The notes beneath the pieces are model-generated. The model had not been told where the DNA came from, did no database searches, and saw only the letters and a program-made list of their open reading frames with translations. Positions 10,780 to 22,929 of a stretch of DNA of 64,000 nucleotides are shown one piece after another; the first letter of the stretch is position 1, and each line of letters starts with the position of its first letter. The position numbers and the translations under genes are program-made. The stretch is taken from contig JBDSMW010000011.1 of the NCBI GenBank assembly GCA_039915665.1, positions 1,883 through 65,882 on the forward strand, given 5' to 3'. The stretch comes from Nocardioidaceae bacterium (GTDB taxonomy: Bacteria; Actinomycetota; Actinomycetes; Propionibacteriales; Nocardioidaceae).

Positions 10780-12150
10780 GTGGCCCGCGTGGACGGGCTG
10801 TTCGAGATCGGTGGCGGGAACGCCCAGACGGGACCCGCGGGCACGTTGGCCGGCAACGACCACGCCTCGGCGCCGCTCGCGGTCCGGATGCGTCCGCGCA
10901 CCCTCGACGAGCTTGTCGGCCAGAGGCACCTCCTCGCGCCCGGGTCACCGCTGCGACGCCTGATCGAGGGAGACCAGCCGATGTCGCTGCTCCTCTGGGG
11001 ACCGCCCGGGACCGGCAAGACCACGATCGCCTCCATCGTCAGCCAGGCAACCAACCGTCGCTTCGTGGAGGTGTCCGCCGTTGCCGCCGGCGTCAAGGAG
11101 GTCCGGTCCGCCATCGACGGCGCCCGGAACACCCTGGCGCGGGGCGGGCCCGAGACCGTGCTGTTCGTCGACGAGGTGCACCGGTTCACCAAGGCCCAGC
11201 AGGACGCCCTGCTCCCCGGGGTCGAGAACCGCTGGGTGACCCTGGTCGCCGCCACCACGGAGAACCCGTTCTTCTCCGTCATCTCCCCGTTGTTGTCGCG
11301 CTCGCTGCTGCTGACGCTCGAGCCGCTGACCGACGACGACATCCGCGGCGTGGTGACCGACGCGCTCACCGACGAGCGGGGACTCGCCGGGGCCGTCGGC
11401 ATCGACGACGAGGCGCTCGAGCACCTGGTCCGGCTCGCGGGCGGCGACGCGCGGCGGGCGCTGACCTACCTCGAGGCCGCGGCCGGGGCAGCGGTGGCCC
11501 GCGAGCTGGACGTGGTCGACCTCGCCACCACCGAGACGGCCGTTGACCGGGCCGCGGTCCGCTACGACCGGCAGGGCGACCAGCACTACGACGTGATCAG
11601 CGCCTTCATCAAGTCGGTGCGGGGCTCCGACGCCGACGCCGCCCTGCACTACCTCGCCCGGATGATGGAGGCCGGGGAGGACCCGCGCTTCATCTCCCGG
11701 CGGCTGATCATCCTGGCCAGCGAGGACATCGGCCTGGCCGACCCCACCGCGCTGACGACGGCGGTCGCGGCCGCCCAGGCGGTCGCGCTGATCGGGATGC
11801 CGGAGGGCCGGTTGACCCTCGCACAGGCCACGATCGCCCTGGCGCTGGCCCCGAAGTCGAACGCGGTGACCACGGCCATCTCGGCGGCCGCCTCCGACGT
11901 ACGCGACGGGAAGATCGGGCCTGTCCCGGCCCACCTGCGTGACGCGCACTACGGCGGTTCGAAGAAGCTCGGGCACGGCCAGGGCTACCTCTACGCGCAC
12001 GACGAGCCCTTCGGTATCGCCGAGCAGCAGTACGCCCCCGACGTGGTCGCGGACGCGACCTACTACCAGCCGACCGCCCTCGGCGCCGAGGCCGCGGTCA
12101 AGGACCGGTGGGAACGGGTCCGACGGATGATCCGCGGCCAGCGCGGGTAG
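10780..12150 (+). CDS. rarA: Replication-associated recombination protein A (AAA+ ATPase)
   Basis: [16 protein letters not shown], Walker [29 protein letters not shown] and the MgsA C-terminal domain ([27 protein letters not shown]). Confidence 0.93.
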   Translation: MARVDGLFEIGGGNAQTGPAGTLAGNDHASAPLAVRMRPRTLDELVGQRHLLAPGSPLRRLIEGDQPMSLLLWGPPGTGKTTIASIVSQATNRRFVEVSAVAAGVKEVRSAIDGARNTLARGGPETVLFVDEVHRFTKAQQDALLPGVENRWVTLVAATTENPFFSVISPLLSRSLLLTLEPLTDDDIRGVVTDALTDERGLAGAVGIDDEALEHLVRLAGGDARRALTYLEAAAGAAVARELDVVDLATTETAVDRAAVRYDRQGDQHYDVISAFIKSVRGSDADAALHYLARMMEAGEDPRFISRRLIILASEDIGLADPTALTTAVAAAQAVALIGMPEGRLTLAQATIALALAPKSNAVTTAISAAASDVRDGKIGPVPAHLRDAHYGGSKKLGHGQGYLYAHDEPFGIAEQQYAPDVVADATYYQPTALGAEAAVKDRWERVRRMIRGQRG

Positions 12151-12161
12151 GGTCCCTGGCT

Positions 12162-12677
12162 ATGGAACCGGCCCAGCTCGTCGCCCTCGTGGCTGCCGCA
12201 GCGGTCGTCGTTGCCGTCCTCGTGGCGGTCCTGTTCGTGCGTGCGTCGCGGCGTCGCTGGCAGGCTCAGCTCGACGCCGCTCGCGCCGACGTCGAGGCGC
12301 TGTCGGCCCGGCTGGACGACCTGGCCGCGCAGCCCGCGGCCCCCGTTCCCGGTCCTGACGCGCTCGGCCCCGCACCCCGCGAGTTCGTGATCACCAGCCT
12401 GACCGCTCACGACACCGAGCTCGAGGTCGTCGCGCCGCCGAGCACCCACCTGACGGCGGGAAAGTTCGCCTCCGTCGCCACGGGGGAGTCGCTGGTCCGC
12501 GTGCTCTCCCTCGGGTACGGCGTGCGGCGGGCCCTGTCGGCCGAGAACCGCAACCGGATCCGCTTCGAGGTCCGGCGTGAGGTCAAGCGGGCCCGTCGGC
12601 AGCGTCGCCGTGACCTCAAGGAGGCGAAGCGGCACCTGCGCCACGTGACGACCGAGTCCGAGGGGGACGCCGCATGA
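12162..12677 (+). CDS. Hypothetical membrane-anchored protein (conserved between rarA and alaS in actinobacteria)
   Basis: ATG at 12162 followed by a TM helix (LVALVAAAAVVVAVLVAVLFV), then a coiled and basic C-terminus. Third-position GC is coding-like. Confidence 0.6.
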   Translation: MEPAQLVALVAAAAVVVAVLVAVLFVRASRRRWQAQLDAARADVEALSARLDDLAAQPAAPVPGPDALGPAPREFVITSLTAHDTELEVVAPPSTHLTAGKFASVATGESLVRVLSLGYGVRRALSAENRNRIRFEVRREVKRARRQRRRDLKEAKRHLRHVTTESEGDAA

Positions 12678-12940
12678 ACCGGGCGTTCTGGTTCGCGGCC
12701 GGTGCCGGTGCCGGCGTCTACGCGATGACCAAGGCCCGGCGGGCCGCCGAGACGTTCACCCCCGACGGCCTGGCCGACCGCCTCGCCGGGGTCTCCGTGG
12801 GGCTGCGGCTCTTCGGGGACGAGGTCCGCGCGGGCATGGCCGACAAGGAAAACGACGTGCGCGAGCGGCTCGGCGTGCGCTTACCTGGGACCCCGTCCCA
12901 CCCACCAGCAGTCACGGCAACGAGAGAAGGCAACCACTGA
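12674..12940 (+). CDS. Small hypothetical membrane protein
   Basis: 88 aa with a Gly/Ala-rich N-terminal helix MNRAFWFAAGAGAGVYAM. It has an ATGA overlap with the upstream ORF and abuts the alaS start. Confidence 0.6.
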   Translation: MNRAFWFAAGAGAGVYAMTKARRAAETFTPDGLADRLAGVSVGLRLFGDEVRAGMADKENDVRERLGVRLPGTPSHPPAVTATREGNH

Positions 12941-15654
12941 TGGACACCGCGGAGATCCGCCGCCGGTTCCTTGCGCACTTCGAGCACTCCACGACCGTGG
13001 GGGCACACCGGCCGGTTCCGTCGGCCTCGCTCCTGGTCGACGACCCGAACCTGCTCTTCGTGAACGCCGGCATGGTGCCCTTCAAGCCGTACTTCCTCGG
13101 CCAGGAGGCGCCGCCCGCCCCCCGGGCGGTGAGCGTGCAGAAGGTCATCCGCACGCCCGACATCGAGGACGTCGGCAAGACCACCCGGCACGGCACGTTC
13201 TTCGAGATGTGCGGCAACTTCTCCTTCGGCGACTACTTCAAGGAAGGCGCGATCGAGCTCGCGTGGGACCTCGTCACCAAGTCCCAGGCGGACGGCGGTT
13301 GGGGTCTCGAGGAGAGCAAGCTCTACCCGAGCGTGTTCCAGGACGACGCCGAGGCGGTGGCGCTGTGGAAGAAGGTCGCGGGGCTGCCCGACGAGCGCAT
13401 CCTGCGGCTGGGCAGGCGCGAGAACTACTGGTCGATGGGCGTACCCGGGCCCGGCGGTCCGTGCTCGGAGATCCTCTACGACCGCGGCGACGCACACGGC
13501 CCGGCCTTCGACCCCACGGCCCTCGGTCCGGACATGCCGTTCGAGCTCGAGGACCGGCTGCTGGAGATCTGGAACCTGGTCTTCATGCAGGACGAGCTCA
13601 GCGCGGTCCGTAGCAAGGACGACTTCGACATCGCGGGCTCGCTGCCGAAGAAGAACATCGACACCGGCATGGGCCTCGAGCGGGTCGCGTTCCTGCTGCA
13701 GGGCAAGGACAACATGTACGACATCGACGTGATGTACCCCGTGATCGCCAAGGCGCAGGAGCTCTCCGGCCGGACCTACGGGAAGAGCCATGAGGACGAC
13801 GTCCGGTTCCGGGTCGTCGCGGACCACGTCCGCAGCTCGATGATGCTGATCGGCGACGGCGTCACGCCCGGCAACGAGTCCCGCGGCTACGTCCTGCGTC
13901 GGCTGCTGCGCCGCGCCGTACGCTCGATGCGCCTGCTGGGCGTCGAGGACCGCATCCTCCCCGAGCTGATGCCGGTCAGCCGGGACAAGATGGGCGAGAC
14001 CTACACCGACCTGATCAGCGACTGGGAGCGGATCTCGACGATCGCTTACGCCGAGGAGGACGCCTTCCGGCAGACGCTTCGCACCGGCACCACGATCTTC
14101 GACGTCGCGGCGCAGGAGGCCAAGGGCGCGGGTGCGACCCGCCTGTCGGGGAGCAAGGCGTTCGCCCTGCACGACACCTACGGGTTCCCGATCGACCTGA
14201 CGCTTGAGATGGCGTCCGAGCAGGGCCTCGCCGTGGACGAGGAGGGCTTCCGCCGACTGATGACCGAGCAGCGGGACCGGGCGAAGCTGGACGCGAAGTC
14301 GAAGAAGGGCCAGCACTCCGACACCCACGCCTACCGCGAGGTGTCCGACGAGCTCGGCCGCGCGGTGGAGTTCACGGGCTACGGCGAGGTGGTCTCCGAG
14401 GCGACCGTCCGGGGGATCGTCGACGGCTCCGGCGTGGCCACGTCCGCGCGAGAGGGCGACGAGGTGGAGCTGGTCCTGGACCGCACGCCGTTCTACGCCG
14501 AGGGCGGCGGCCAGCTCGCCGACCGGGGCGTCATCGAGCTCGGCAACGGCGCGCGCCTGCAGGTGCTCGACGTGCAGTCCCCGATCACGGGTCTGGTCGT
14601 GCACCAGGTCAAGGTGCTCAGCGGTGAGGTGAGCGTCGGTCAGCAGGGCCGGGCGCTCGTCGACATCGAGCGGCGCAAGTCGATCAGCCGGGCGCACACC
14701 GCGACCCACATGGTGCACAAGGCGTTCCGCGAGGCGCTCGGCGACACCGCGACGCAGGCGGGCTCGGAGAACGCGCCCGGCCGCTTCCGGTTCGACTTCT
14801 CCGCGACGGGCGCCGTGCCGGCGTCCGCGATGGCCGACGTCGAGGCCCGGGTCAACGACCTCGTGCTCGCCGACCTCGGCGTGCGGGCGGAGATCATGAC
14901 CCAGGACGAGGCGCGCAAGTCCGGCGCGATGGCGCTCTTCGGCGAGAAGTACGGCGACCAGGTGCGCGTCGTGTCCGTGGGTGACTGGGCGCGCGAGCTG
15001 TGCGGTGGCACGCACGCCGGCCGCTCCGGCCAGCTCGGCGTGATCAAGCTGCTGGGCGAGGCGTCCATCGGTTCCGGCGTGCGCCGGGTGGAGGCGCTCG
15101 TCGGGGCGGACGCGTATAAGTTCCTGGCGCGCGAGCACACCCTGGTCGCGCAGCTCAGCGAGACGCTCAAGGCGCGTCCCGAAGAGCTGCCCGAGCGGGT
15201 GCACGACCTCGTGGAGCGGCTGCGCACCGCCGAGAAGGAGATCGAGAGGGTGCGCGTGCAGCAGGTGCTCGCGGCGGCCGGTCAGCTCGCGGCGGCGGCC
15301 AAGGACGTCTACGGCGTCTCGTTCGTGGGGCACCGGGCCGACGGAGCGGGAGCCGGCGACGTCCGCAAGCTCGCCCTCGACATCCGCAGCCGGCTGCCCC
15401 AGGGCGATCCGGGCGTGGTGGCGATCATCGGGTCGACCAACGGCAAGCCCGCCGTCGTGGTCGCGGTCAACGACGCCGGCCGCACGTGGGGCATCTCGGC
15501 CAACGCGCTGGTCAAGGCGGCGGCCGGTGCGCTCGGCGGCAGCGGCGGCGGCAAGGACGACGTCGCCCAGGGTGGTGGCGCCGACGTGAGCCTGGTCGAC
15601 CAGGCGCTGGTCGACGTCGAGCACGAGGTCGGCCGCGCGGCGACCCAGCGGTGA
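12940..15654 (+). CDS. alaS: Alanine--tRNA ligase
   Basis: 904 aa with MDTAEIRRRFLAHFE, FVNAGMVPFKPYF, the editing-domain HTATHMVH..CGGTH motif and a C-terminal DHHA1-like domain. Confidence 0.95.
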   Translation: MDTAEIRRRFLAHFEHSTTVGAHRPVPSASLLVDDPNLLFVNAGMVPFKPYFLGQEAPPAPRAVSVQKVIRTPDIEDVGKTTRHGTFFEMCGNFSFGDYFKEGAIELAWDLVTKSQADGGWGLEESKLYPSVFQDDAEAVALWKKVAGLPDERILRLGRRENYWSMGVPGPGGPCSEILYDRGDAHGPAFDPTALGPDMPFELEDRLLEIWNLVFMQDELSAVRSKDDFDIAGSLPKKNIDTGMGLERVAFLLQGKDNMYDIDVMYPVIAKAQELSGRTYGKSHEDDVRFRVVADHVRSSMMLIGDGVTPGNESRGYVLRRLLRRAVRSMRLLGVEDRILPELMPVSRDKMGETYTDLISDWERISTIAYAEEDAFRQTLRTGTTIFDVAAQEAKGAGATRLSGSKAFALHDTYGFPIDLTLEMASEQGLAVDEEGFRRLMTEQRDRAKLDAKSKKGQHSDTHAYREVSDELGRAVEFTGYGEVVSEATVRGIVDGSGVATSAREGDEVELVLDRTPFYAEGGGQLADRGVIELGNGARLQVLDVQSPITGLVVHQVKVLSGEVSVGQQGRALVDIERRKSISRAHTATHMVHKAFREALGDTATQAGSENAPGRFRFDFSATGAVPASAMADVEARVNDLVLADLGVRAEIMTQDEARKSGAMALFGEKYGDQVRVVSVGDWARELCGGTHAGRSGQLGVIKLLGEASIGSGVRRVEALVGADAYKFLAREHTLVAQLSETLKARPEELPERVHDLVERLRTAEKEIERVRVQQVLAAAGQLAAAAKDVYGVSFVGHRADGAGAGDVRKLALDIRSRLPQGDPGVVAIIGSTNGKPAVVVAVNDAGRTWGISANALVKAAAGALGGSGGGKDDVAQGGGADVSLVDQALVDVEHEVGRAATQR

Positions 15655-16115
15655 GACGCGGGGTTCGGCTCGGGATCGACGTCGGCGACGTGCGCATCGG
15701 CGTGGCCCGGTCCGACCCCGCCGGACTCATCGCGACGCCGGTGGAGACCGTCCGGCGCGGCCCGGGCGACCTCGCTCGCCTGCTGGCGATCAGTGACGAG
15801 GAGGAGGCCGTCGAGGTGGTCGTGGGGCTGCCCCGCTCGCTCTCGGGCGGCGAAGGCCCGGCGGCGGTGAAGGTGCGGCTCTTCGCCGCGGTGATCGCCG
15901 CGGCGGTCGCGCCGTTGCCGGTGCGGCTGTGCGACGAGCGCCTCAGCACGGTCACCGCCGAAGCGGTGCTCCGGGGCCAGGGCAAGAAGGGACAAAAGCG
16001 ACGCGCCGTCGTGGACCAGGCTGCGGCCGTGGTGATCCTGCAGAATGCACTGGACACCGAGCGGAGCACGGGGGCACCGCCGGGGGAGCCGGTCGCGAAG
16101 GGTAGCGTCGACTGA
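15651..16115 (+). CDS. ruvX: Holliday junction resolvase-like pre-16S rRNA nuclease RuvX/YqgF
   Basis: GTGA overlap with alaS and the RLGIDVGDVRIGVARSD motif. About 154 aa. Confidence 0.9.
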   Translation: MRRGVRLGIDVGDVRIGVARSDPAGLIATPVETVRRGPGDLARLLAISDEEEAVEVVVGLPRSLSGGEGPAAVKVRLFAAVIAAAVAPLPVRLCDERLSTVTAEAVLRGQGKKGQKRRAVVDQAAAVVILQNALDTERSTGAPPGEPVAKGSVD

Positions 16116-16174
16116 TCGGACGAACGAACGGGTAGAAACCGGACGGCCAGCCGCGCGTCGAGGAACAGATAGGT

Positions 16175-17308
16175 GTGAGCGAGCAGTTGAGCGATCTGGG
16201 AATCGAGCTCGGACAAGAGAAGCGGCACCGGCCGCGTCGTAGCTTCGGCTGCTTGGCTGTCCTGCTGGCGCTGGCCGTGCTGGTCGGCGGAGGCTACCTC
16301 GCCTACTCCTACGGGATGAGCGCGATCAAGGACAAGCTCAGCGGCCCGGAGGACTACTCCGGCGAGGGCACCGGCCAGGTGCTCGTCGAGGTCAAGGACG
16401 GCGACGCCGCCACCGACATCGGCCGGGCGCTGCGGGGCAAGGACGTCGTCAAGTCCGTGCAGGCGTTCACCGACGCGGCCCGTCAGGACAACAAGTCCGT
16501 CGGCATCCAGGTGGGCTTCTACACGCTGAAGAGGCAGATGTCCGCGAAGTCGGCGCTGGCCGTGCTCGTCGACCCGGCCAACCGGATGCGTTCGGTGGTG
16601 ACGGTGCCCGAGGGGTTCACCGTCGACCAGATCGTGGAGACGCTGGCCAAGAAGACCGACTTCTCCAAGAAGCAGTACCGCAAGGTGCTGGCGGACCCGT
16701 CGAGCATCGGCCTGCCGTCGTACGCCAAGGGCAACGCGGAGGGCTACCTGTTCCCGGCGACCTACGAGCTCCCGCCGAACTCCACGCCGACGTCGATCCT
16801 GACCCTGATGGTGAAGCGCTGGAGCCAGGCCGCCGAGAAGGCCGACCTCGAGGGTGCCGCTGAGAAGCTGGGCTACACGCCCGCGCAGCTGATGACGGTG
16901 GCCAGCCTGGTGGAGGCCGAGTCCAACCGGGACGCCGACCGCGGAAAGGTCGCGCGCGTCGTCTACAACCGGCTCGAGGGCGACGCCACCGGCAAGCTGC
17001 TGCAGATCGACGCCACCGTGAACTACGCGATCGACCGCGACCTCGGGGTGGCGCTGACCACCGAGGACCTGGCGGTCGACTCGGCGTACAACACCTACAA
17101 GAACCCGGGCCTGCCGCCGACGCCGATCGAGGCGCCGGGTGACGCGGCGATCGCCGCCGCGGCCAACCCGGCCGACGGCCCGTGGATCTACTACGTCACG
17201 GTGAACCTGCGCACCGGCGAGACCAAGTTCACCGAGAACTACAACACCTTCCTGAAGTACAAGGCCGAGTTCAAGGAGTACTGCCGTACCCAGTCCGACA
17301 ACTGCTGA
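16175..17308 (+). CDS. mltG: Endolytic murein transglycosylase MltG (YceG family)
   Basis: N-terminal TM segment and a YceG domain (ASLVEAES, VYNRL, LQIDATVNY, YNTYKNPGLPPTPI). Confidence 0.9.
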   Translation: MSEQLSDLGIELGQEKRHRPRRSFGCLAVLLALAVLVGGGYLAYSYGMSAIKDKLSGPEDYSGEGTGQVLVEVKDGDAATDIGRALRGKDVVKSVQAFTDAARQDNKSVGIQVGFYTLKRQMSAKSALAVLVDPANRMRSVVTVPEGFTVDQIVETLAKKTDFSKKQYRKVLADPSSIGLPSYAKGNAEGYLFPATYELPPNSTPTSILTLMVKRWSQAAEKADLEGAAEKLGYTPAQLMTVASLVEAESNRDADRGKVARVVYNRLEGDATGKLLQIDATVNYAIDRDLGVALTTEDLAVDSAYNTYKNPGLPPTPIEAPGDAAIAAAANPADGPWIYYVTVNLRTGETKFTENYNTFLKYKAEFKEYCRTQSDNC

Positions 17309-17324
17309 GCCCCAGGCCGGGCCG

Positions 17325-18131
17325 GGCCGCTGCGCGGTCCTCGGCAGTCCCATCGAGCACTCGCTGTCCCCGGTCCTGCACCGGGCGGCGTACGTCGCTC
17401 TGGGCCTGGACTGGGAGTACGACGCGCACCGCGTGGACGAGGCGGGGCTGCCGGACTTCCTGACCGGGCTCGACGCCACCTGGCGGGGGCTGTCGCTGAC
17501 GATGCCGCTCAAGCGAGCCGTGCTGCCCCTGCTCGACGACCGCAGCGAGACCGTCCGTCGGGCGGGAGGCGCCAACACCGTCGTGCTCCGCGACGGTCGG
17601 CGGAGCGGGCACAACACCGACGTCCCGGGGGTCTCCGCCGCCCTGCTGGAGCGGTTCGAGGGACCGGTGTCGCACGCGGTGGTTCTGGGAGGTGGCGCAA
17701 CCGCGGCGTCAGCCCTGCTCGGGCTCGCCGACCTGGGGTGCCGCGAGGTGACTCTGGTCGTCCGGGACGAGGCGCGGGCCGCCGAGACGGTCGCGGCCGC
17801 GGAGCGTCACCCCGACCGGCCGGCGGTCCACGTGCGGACCACGACGGACGGTCTCGGGTCGGCTGACCTGCTGGTCTCCACGATTCCGGCGCCCGCCCAG
17901 TCGGCCGAGCTGCTCGGGCTGGTGGCCTCCGTCGACGTGGTGTTCGACGTGGTCTACGAACCCTGGCCGACGCCCCTCGCGTCCGAGGCCCTTCGCTGCG
18001 GACGGGAGCTCGTCTCCGGCCTCGACCTGCTCGTCCACCAGGCCGTGCGGCAGGTGGAGCTGATGACGGGAAGCCCCGGCCCGCTGGGGATCATGCGCGA
18101 AGCCGGCCTGCGAGCGCTCGGGAGCAACTAG
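17325..18131 (+). CDS. aroE: Shikimate dehydrogenase; start codon unresolved
   Basis: The conserved N-terminal motif CAVLGSPIEHSLSPVLHRAAY is encoded at about 17331-17393, in frame with ORF 17433..18131. No ATG/GTG/TTG occurs in that frame between the stop at 17253 and 17433. The 5' coordinate given is only where homology begins. Confidence 0.75.
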   Translation, partial: GRCAVLGSPIEHSLSPVLHRAAYVALGLDWEYDAHRVDEAGLPDFLTGLDATWRGLSLTMPLKRAVLPLLDDRSETVRRAGGANTVVLRDGRRSGHNTDVPGVSAALLERFEGPVSHAVVLGGGATAASALLGLADLGCREVTLVVRDEARAAETVAAAERHPDRPAVHVRTTTDGLGSADLLVSTIPAPAQSAELLGLVASVDVVFDVVYEPWPTPLASEALRCGRELVSGLDLLVHQAVRQVELMTGSPGPLGIMREAGLRALGSN

Positions 18132-18142
18132 GGTCGCTGCCT

Positions 18143-18955
18143 GTGACCTGGAACCTGCTGTCCGCGCTGGTGGCGGCCGTGATCGGCGTCCTGTCCGGCG
18201 CCGTCCTGCCGCGGGTCATCGCCCGGCTGCCGGAACCCGAGCCCGACCCGGAGCCCGCCGAGGACGGTGCGGTCGACGGGTTGGTGCCCGCCGAGAACGA
18301 GGCGGAGTTCGCGCGGCCGGTCGACGAGCCCAAGGAGCTCTACGTCGACCTCGCGGGCCTGCCCGGGCTGACCTGGAAGCTCGCGCTCCTCACCGGTGTC
18401 CTCTCCGGGATCGTCGGAGGCCGTCTCGGGTGGACGCCCGCCCTGCTGTTCCTGCTCTACCTCGTGCCCGTCGGCGTCGCGCTCGCCCTCATCGACTGGC
18501 GCACCCGCTACCTGCCGTCCAAGCTGATCCTGCCGTCCTACGCGGTCGTCGGCGGCCTCGTCGTCGTCGCCTCTCTGGTCGGACAGGACTGGCCCGAGCT
18601 GCTGAGCGCCGCGATCGGGTGCGCCGCGACGTTCGTGGTGTTCTTCGTGCTGTGGTTCGTCGCGCCGCGGGCGATGGCGTTCGGCGACGTGCGGCTCTCG
18701 GGACTCCTCGGGCTGGCCCTGGGCTGGCTCGGCTACGGCCAGCTGGTCATCGGAATCTTCACCGCCTTCCTGCTGATGAGCGCGGGCGGGATCCTCCTCG
18801 CGGTTACCAAGGTCTTCCACAGCAAGCACGTGCCGTTCGGCCCGTTCCTGGTGGGCGGGGCCTTCCTGGGGATCGCGTTCCCGCTGCAGCTGCTCACGGC
18901 GTACGCCTGGGTCATCGACGGGCTGACCTCCGCAATCATCGGCCTGCTGGACTGA
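18143..18955 (+). CDS. A24-family prepilin peptidase-like membrane protein
   Basis: 270 aa polytopic protein with the two Asp motifs (FGDVRLSGLLG and VPFGPFLVGG). Confidence 0.8.
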   Translation: MTWNLLSALVAAVIGVLSGAVLPRVIARLPEPEPDPEPAEDGAVDGLVPAENEAEFARPVDEPKELYVDLAGLPGLTWKLALLTGVLSGIVGGRLGWTPALLFLLYLVPVGVALALIDWRTRYLPSKLILPSYAVVGGLVVVASLVGQDWPELLSAAIGCAATFVVFFVLWFVAPRAMAFGDVRLSGLLGLALGWLGYGQLVIGIFTAFLLMSAGGILLAVTKVFHSKHVPFGPFLVGGAFLGIAFPLQLLTAYAWVIDGLTSAIIGLLD

Positions 18956-18992
18956 GTCCGGGCGCCTGTGGGCGCCGTGAAAGACTTGCCCC

Positions 18993-20167
18993 ATGCTGCG
19001 TTGGCTCACGGCGGGCGAGTCCCACGGCCCGGGACTGGTTGCCGTCCTCGAGGGGCTGCCCGCCCATGTCCAGGTCACGTCCGCCGACATCGTTGACGCG
19101 CTCGCTCGACGCCGTCTGGGCTACGGACGCGGGGCGCGGATGAAGTTCGAGCAGGACCAGGTCGACGTGATCGGCGGGCTCCGGCACGGCCGTTCCCTCG
19201 GCAGCCCCATCGCGATCCGGGTGGGCAACACCGAGTGGCCCAAGTGGGAGAAGGTCATGTCGGCCGACCCCGTCGACGAGGCCGAGCTCGAGGCACTGGC
19301 TCGCAACGCCGCGCTCACCCGCCCGCGGCCCGGCCACGCCGACCTCGTAGGCATGCAGAAGTACGACTTCGACGAGGCCCGTCCCATCCTCGAGCGCGCG
19401 TCTGCTCGGGAGACCGCCGCCCGCGTCGCGCTGGGAGCGGTCGCCACCAAGTTCCTCGAGCAGGCCGTCGGCGCCTCCGTGGTCTCGCACGTCGTGGCCA
19501 TCGGCACCGCGCAGGCCCCGGCCGGGTCCGTCCCGGAGGCCTCCGACGTCGAGGCACTCGACGCCGACCCGGTGCGCTGCCTCGACGCGGACGCCAGCGC
19601 AGCCATGCAGGCCGCCATCGACCAGGCGCACACCGACGGTGACACCCTCGGCGGCGTGGTCGAGGTCGTCGTGCACGGCCTGCCGCCGGGCCTGGGCTCG
19701 CACGTGCACTGGGACCGCCGGCTCGACGCCCGGCTGGCCGGCGCCCTGATGGGCATCCAGGCGATCAAGGGCGTGGAGCTGGGCGACGGTTTCGCGCTCG
19801 CGGCCACCCCTGGGTCGCAGGCCCACGACGAGATCGTGAACTCGCCCGACGGCATCCGTCGCACGTCGGGACGCTCCGGCGGGACCGAGGGCGGCATGTC
19901 GACCGGTGAGGCGCTACGCGTGCGCGCGGCCATGAAGCCGATCGCGACGGTCCCGCGGGCCCTGCGCACCGTCGACGTCGCCACCGGCGAGGAGACCGTC
20001 GCCCACCACCAGCGCTCGGACGTGTGCGCCGTGCCGGCGGCCGGCATCGTCGCCGAGGCGATGGTGGCCCTGGTCCTGGCCGACGTCGTGCTGGAGAAGT
20101 TCGGCGGCGACTCGGTGGGGGAGACCCGTCGCAACGTCGAGGGCTACCTGTCATCGCTGAGCTTCCG

Positions 20168-20171
<4 letters not shown>
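18993..20171 (+). CDS. aroC: Chorismate synthase
   Basis: [28 protein letters not shown] and GGMSTGE motifs. 392 aa. Confidence 0.95.
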
Positions 20172-21792
<1,621 letters not shown>

Positions 21793-21809
21793 CCGAGCAA
21801 GGAGGACCG

Positions 21810-22250
21810 ATGGCTGGATCCGCGAGCCGCGTGCTGGTGCTGAACGGCCCGAACCTCGGCCGGCTGGGCTCGCGTGAGCCGGAGGTCTACGGCGCCACGA
21901 CCTACGACGAGCTCGTCCGGGTCTGCACCGCCGACGGCGACGCCCTCGGGATGGCCGTCGAGGTCCGGCAGACCGACTCCGAGGCCGAGCTGGTCGGCTG
22001 GCTGCACGAGGCCGCCGACGACGGGACCCCGGTGGTGCTGAACCCGGCGGCCTTCACGCACTACAGCTACGCCCTGCGCGACGCCTGCGCCCAGCTGACG
22101 GCGCCGCTCGTCGAGGTGCACATCACCAATCCGCACACGCGTGAGGAGTTTCGGCACACCTCGGTGGTCTCCGGGGTCGCGACCGGGGTGATCGCGGGGT
22201 TCGGGCTGGAGTCCTACCGCCTCGCGCTCCGCGCCCTGATCTCCCTCTAG
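21810..22250 (+). CDS. aroQ: Type II 3-dehydroquinate dehydratase
   Basis: [21 protein letters not shown] and [15 protein letters not shown] motifs. 146 aa. Confidence 0.93.
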   Translation: MAGSASRVLVLNGPNLGRLGSREPEVYGATTYDELVRVCTADGDALGMAVEVRQTDSEAELVGWLHEAADDGTPVVLNPAAFTHYSYALRDACAQLTAPLVEVHITNPHTREEFRHTSVVSGVATGVIAGFGLESYRLALRALISL

Positions 22251-22352
22251 ATGTGACCTGCCCCAGAGCCTGGCTTAGACTGGTGCGCCGCCGGCCCGGG
22301 CGGCCGACACGTCTCCCCGGGCACACTCCACAGACAGGGCACCGACACTCGC

Positions 22353-22916
22353 ATGGCAACGACCAACGACCTCAAGAACGGCATGGTTCTCAACCTCGAC
22401 GGACAGCTGTGGTCCGTCATCTGGTTCCAGCACCACAAGCCCGGCAAGGGTGGTGCCGTCATGCGCACGAAGCTGAAGAACATCGAGTCGGGCAAGACCG
22501 TAGACAAGACCTTCAACGCCGACGTCAAGGTCGAGATCGCCAACGTCGACAAGCGAACGATGCAGTACCTCTACAACGACGGCACGTCCTACGTCTTCAT
22601 GGACACCGACACCTACGACCAGCTCGAGGTGCCGCCGGAGATCGTCGGGGACGCCAGCAACTTCATGCTCGAGAACCAGGAAGCCATCGTGGCGACCAAC
22701 GAGGGCCGGGTGCTCTACATCGAGCTGCCGGCCTCCGTCGAGCTGCTCGTGGAGTACACCGAGCCCGGCCTGCAGGGCGACCGCTCGACCGGTGGCACCA
22801 AGCCCGCGAAGCTCGAGACCGGCCACCAGATCAACGTGCCGCTGTTCATCGTGACCGGCGAGAAGATCAAGGTCGACACGCGCGACAGCAGCTACCTGGG
22901 CCGCGTCTCCCAGTGA
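22353..22916 (+). CDS. efp: Elongation factor P
   Basis: [13 protein letters not shown]...[17 protein letters not shown]. 187 aa. Confidence 0.95.
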   Translation: MATTNDLKNGMVLNLDGQLWSVIWFQHHKPGKGGAVMRTKLKNIESGKTVDKTFNADVKVEIANVDKRTMQYLYNDGTSYVFMDTDTYDQLEVPPEIVGDASNFMLENQEAIVATNEGRVLYIELPASVELLVEYTEPGLQGDRSTGGTKPAKLETGHQINVPLFIVTGEKIKVDTRDSSYLGRVSQ

Positions 22917-22929
22917 TGGGCCGAGGCTG

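Noticed and set aside
12718-15624. Very long ORFs antisense to or overlapping real genes. Examples are 12718-15624(-) opposite alaS, 23673-27695(+) opposite the M36 protease, 37215-39626(-) opposite carB, 31513-34029(-), 262-2268(-) and 5276-7234(-).
   Set aside because: Their translations are Arg/Gly/Pro/Ala-rich low-complexity sequence with no motifs. Each lies opposite a gene with strong homology signatures. Long stop-free antisense frames are expected at about 70% GC.
1030-15654. T-box leaders upstream of hisS, aspS and alaS.
   Set aside because: All three synthetase genes start within a few nucleotides of, or overlap, the preceding gene. That leaves no room for a roughly 200-nt leader.
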